Shown: positions 61,191-64,000 of the stretch, in pieces
Position numbering within the stretch: position 1 is the stretch's first letter
Layout: the number at the start of each line of letters is the position of its first letter
From: Camelus ferus
Lineage: Eukaryota
DNA: 64,000 nt
Assembly (NCBI RefSeq): GCF_009834535.1
Contig: NC_045697.1
Span: forward strand, 111,416,001-111,480,000
Direction of reading: 5' to 3'
Position numbers and translations under genes: made by a program
The notes under the pieces: generated by a model
Seen by the model: the letters and a program-made list of their open reading frames with translations, nothing else
What the model was told of the DNA's origin: nothing
Database searches by the model: none

Positions 61191-63634
61191 GAGACATCTG
61201 GCCATTCTTACATTCCTACCTTCTGAAATCCTTCCTTCTGCTTTATCCTAACAGTTAATGCCTTGGTCCAGGCTATGGTAGCATCCTCCCCTGGAGATGC
61301 TGATAAATCTTAGTTTCTAATCTTGCTGCCAAAAGCACCTCCGTCATTCACCTCACCTTGATTACGTCATTCACCTCGATTCCGTCATCTGCCATCCCGT
61401 CATGTACTTCACTCAGAGGATCAAAGGAAAGCTGTGAGCCTCTTCCTCAGCGATGCTCATTAGAGAGCCCTAGGAAACCTCCCTCCCGTGTCTCCTTCCG
61501 CCTCTCTCACTACCACATCTTCTTTCTCATCCCGCACCCCCCCCAAACCACGACACAGCTGTATCTCCCCCATCCTTACCCTGGGCTGTCCTTCCTCCTC
61601 CCAAGGCCAGCCTTAATCCCCAGACCCCCTCCTGTCCCCACTCCCCCACCAGGCAGGCTTCCTTCCTCCTGAACTGCCAGCTCCTATCTCTCTTTGAATT
61701 TCCCTTTGGTCCATCCTCTTCTGTCTCCTGGAAAAAACCTGAAAAACTGACCCCGTTAGTTATGATCCAGCTTTCTCACAATTTTCTCATTCCCTCTCCC
61801 ACTCAACTTCTGCTCTGTGGGTTCTCCCCAGCCAACCAGACAACATCCGCCGAGCTTGCCTGGCTCCCTCTTCACGTGCTCTTTGCGGGTGACCGTCATC
61901 CAAGCTCTTGGTGTCAAGTATCACCTCTCTGCTCCGTTTGCAGCTCCCAGGATTCGGAGTCCTGTGTCCACTGCCTCCCGCTGGGAGCCGAGACTGGCCT
62001 GACTTGCGTGTTGGCCTCCGGGGCCCAGCACAGTGAGTCACGGCCGCAGGGCCTCAGGATGCTGGAGGGTGAGTGAACTAACTACTCCATCTGCGGCCAA
62101 CTCCCTTCTAACTTCGGCTCAGACTTATGCCCACGCCTTTAATGTTCTGTGCACTCAGCAAGCTCCTGGGTTCCTACGTTCTCCGCAGGACCCTGTCCTC
62201 GGGGTGGGGGGAGGATGCCTCCAGCCTCCTCTTGACTCATCAACCACATTTACCAAGTTGCTTGCATGTGACAAGTCATTTGCCAGTTTTCTCGTTTTAT
62301 CTGTGTAATTATTCAGTGTCATTCCTATTGCTGTCTATGTTATAATTGTTTGTATAAATCTACAACATCACAAATACAATATTCAGAAGAGAAAAGTGGA
62401 GTTTTTTTCTTATGTCCTTCCCTTTGGAAAACAAATTACAGAGATGGAAATCAAATTGCCAATTTCCATCAGATGAACACCTGGAAGAACGACTGGGTTT
62501 CTCTGCAGCTGCTGGAAGGTCATTGACACAAACAACACATGACAACTTCGTAGGACAGTGAACTTCCTGGGCCTCGGGAAAGGTAAGCATTATGTAGGTG
62601 CACAAAGAAGTACTGAAATCCCTCGCGATGAACGATAACCGTGCTCATCCGCTGCATTACTCTTCAATCCGTAATGTCTTTGAACCTTTTAAAATCTCAA
62701 ATGTCCAAGAAAGAAAGCTGTTCACAGCTTTGTTTTATATAACGTACAAGAAGTCAAAATGAAACAGGCTCTTATTTGTGAAAGTTGCCCACTTCCCTGC
62801 AAGCTCAAAATTGTAAATGTACATAAACATATGTTGTGTCCACACATATGTGTTAAAGTGTCTCTGGGCTTGACCAACATTTTGGAAGCCTCTGCTTCGA
62901 GATGGACTGACCAAGGTGCCAATGAGGTTGAAACTGAGGCTGACGGATCACTCCTGTACAGAGAGGAAAAACAAGCAAATCTCTTCCTTATCACCAGGAC
63001 TGCACCCTTAATTTCAAAGAAACTTTGTGAATGACAACAAACCCAACTCCTCTGAAGGACTGACAGCTTACATCAGCCTGCAGGTGGGTGAGCGGTCAGT
63101 CATACCATTATTTGTGGAAAAAAAAAAAGAAAAACACACAGCATATTCATCAAGTGGATGTTCAGATACAATTCACGGGCAACTATGACTCTGACACGGT
63201 ACCATCACATAATCACGGCTGTTGTGCACCTAAGTGTTGGCTGATCAAAGTCTTTGAAGTTAAATTGGGATTCTCTGATGCTCCAAGCACAAGACTGGTG
63301 TTGACCTTTTTGTTGAAAAGTTACTTACATGTGGAGTCTTGCTCCAAGTTAATGAAGAAGACGGTTCGGTGTGCTCCCCACTTGGTTGCCTGGTTTCTCC
63401 CAGGGGTCTGCATCCAGAGAGGGAGAGTGGGGCAGACTGCAGTCCACTCCACTACCAGGACGTGAGGGGCCTGGAGTCTACAGGGGTTGCTGCCCGAGGT
63501 CCTGTCGGCCCGTACATGCCTTCTCATGGGTGAGACTGTCTCTTTCTGTATTGTCTCTCTCAAGGGAATCCCATGGTGAAAGGGATAGAGTCTAGCTGAG
63601 AACTTAGTTGGAGTTTGTGCAAAACAGGAAGAAC

Positions 63635-63725
63635 AGGAGGGTGGAGACTGAGCGAGAGAGAGAGAGAAACAGTAGAAGAGAGAGAGGAGGGAGAGGAGGG
63701 GAAAATAAGAGGGGAAGAAAAAAAG
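63635..63725. repeat. GA-rich polypurine low-complexity tract
   Basis: Direct reading: (GA)n and GGAGA-type repeats. Confidence 0.8.
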
Positions 63726-64000
63726 CAAACAAAGCAAGTCAGTTGAAAATCTGGTAACATCCCTAGTCAAGGGTCTGAGGAACTTGATGAACTTCATCTG
63801 CTTTGGAGTGATACGTGTGGGAGATGCTGCCTTCCTCCTGGAAGATCAGTCCTAAATCAAACTGAGGAGTCACTATCTTTTTCACGATGCTCCATAGCAT
63901 AACAACAAATCAAGACCATAACATGTACAAAGTGTTTCCCCTGCATTTCCCAACGTGACTTTCACAATGACCTTATTTCATTACACACAGTTTACAGACA

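Noticed and set aside
55270..64000. Exons of the neighbouring upstream gene (MSMO1 in human synteny)
   Set aside because: No matching peptide seen; only ~9 kb of upstream flank is included.

Overview
Mammalian (very likely camelid) genomic DNA. The only protein-coding sequence I can support is exon 1 of carboxypeptidase E (CPE) on the minus strand: CDS 54872->54569, followed by a GT donor, inside a ~1 kb CpG island with a TATA-less, GC-box-rich promoter. Positions 1-54568 are part of the very long CPE intron 1 (exon 2 was not found in the window), and 55270-64000 is upstream flank. The rest is interspersed repeats: L1 of several ages, L2, MIR, tRNA-derived Vic-1-type SINEs, MaLR/ERV1 LTRs, and hAT and Tigger DNA transposons, separated by unique non-coding DNA. 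All other ORFs in the track are repeat remnants or chance ORFs. I found no evidence of a new gene system. The most interesting signals are: a candidate RFX/NeuroD intronic enhancer; CRE/UPRE motifs upstream of CPE, one of them carried by a transposon; a multi-layer nested transposon stack; a twin-primed L1; a tailless internal L1 ORF2 insertion; and a template-switch hairpin. Repeat family names come from my recollection of consensus sequences and need RepeatMasker/Dfam confirmation.
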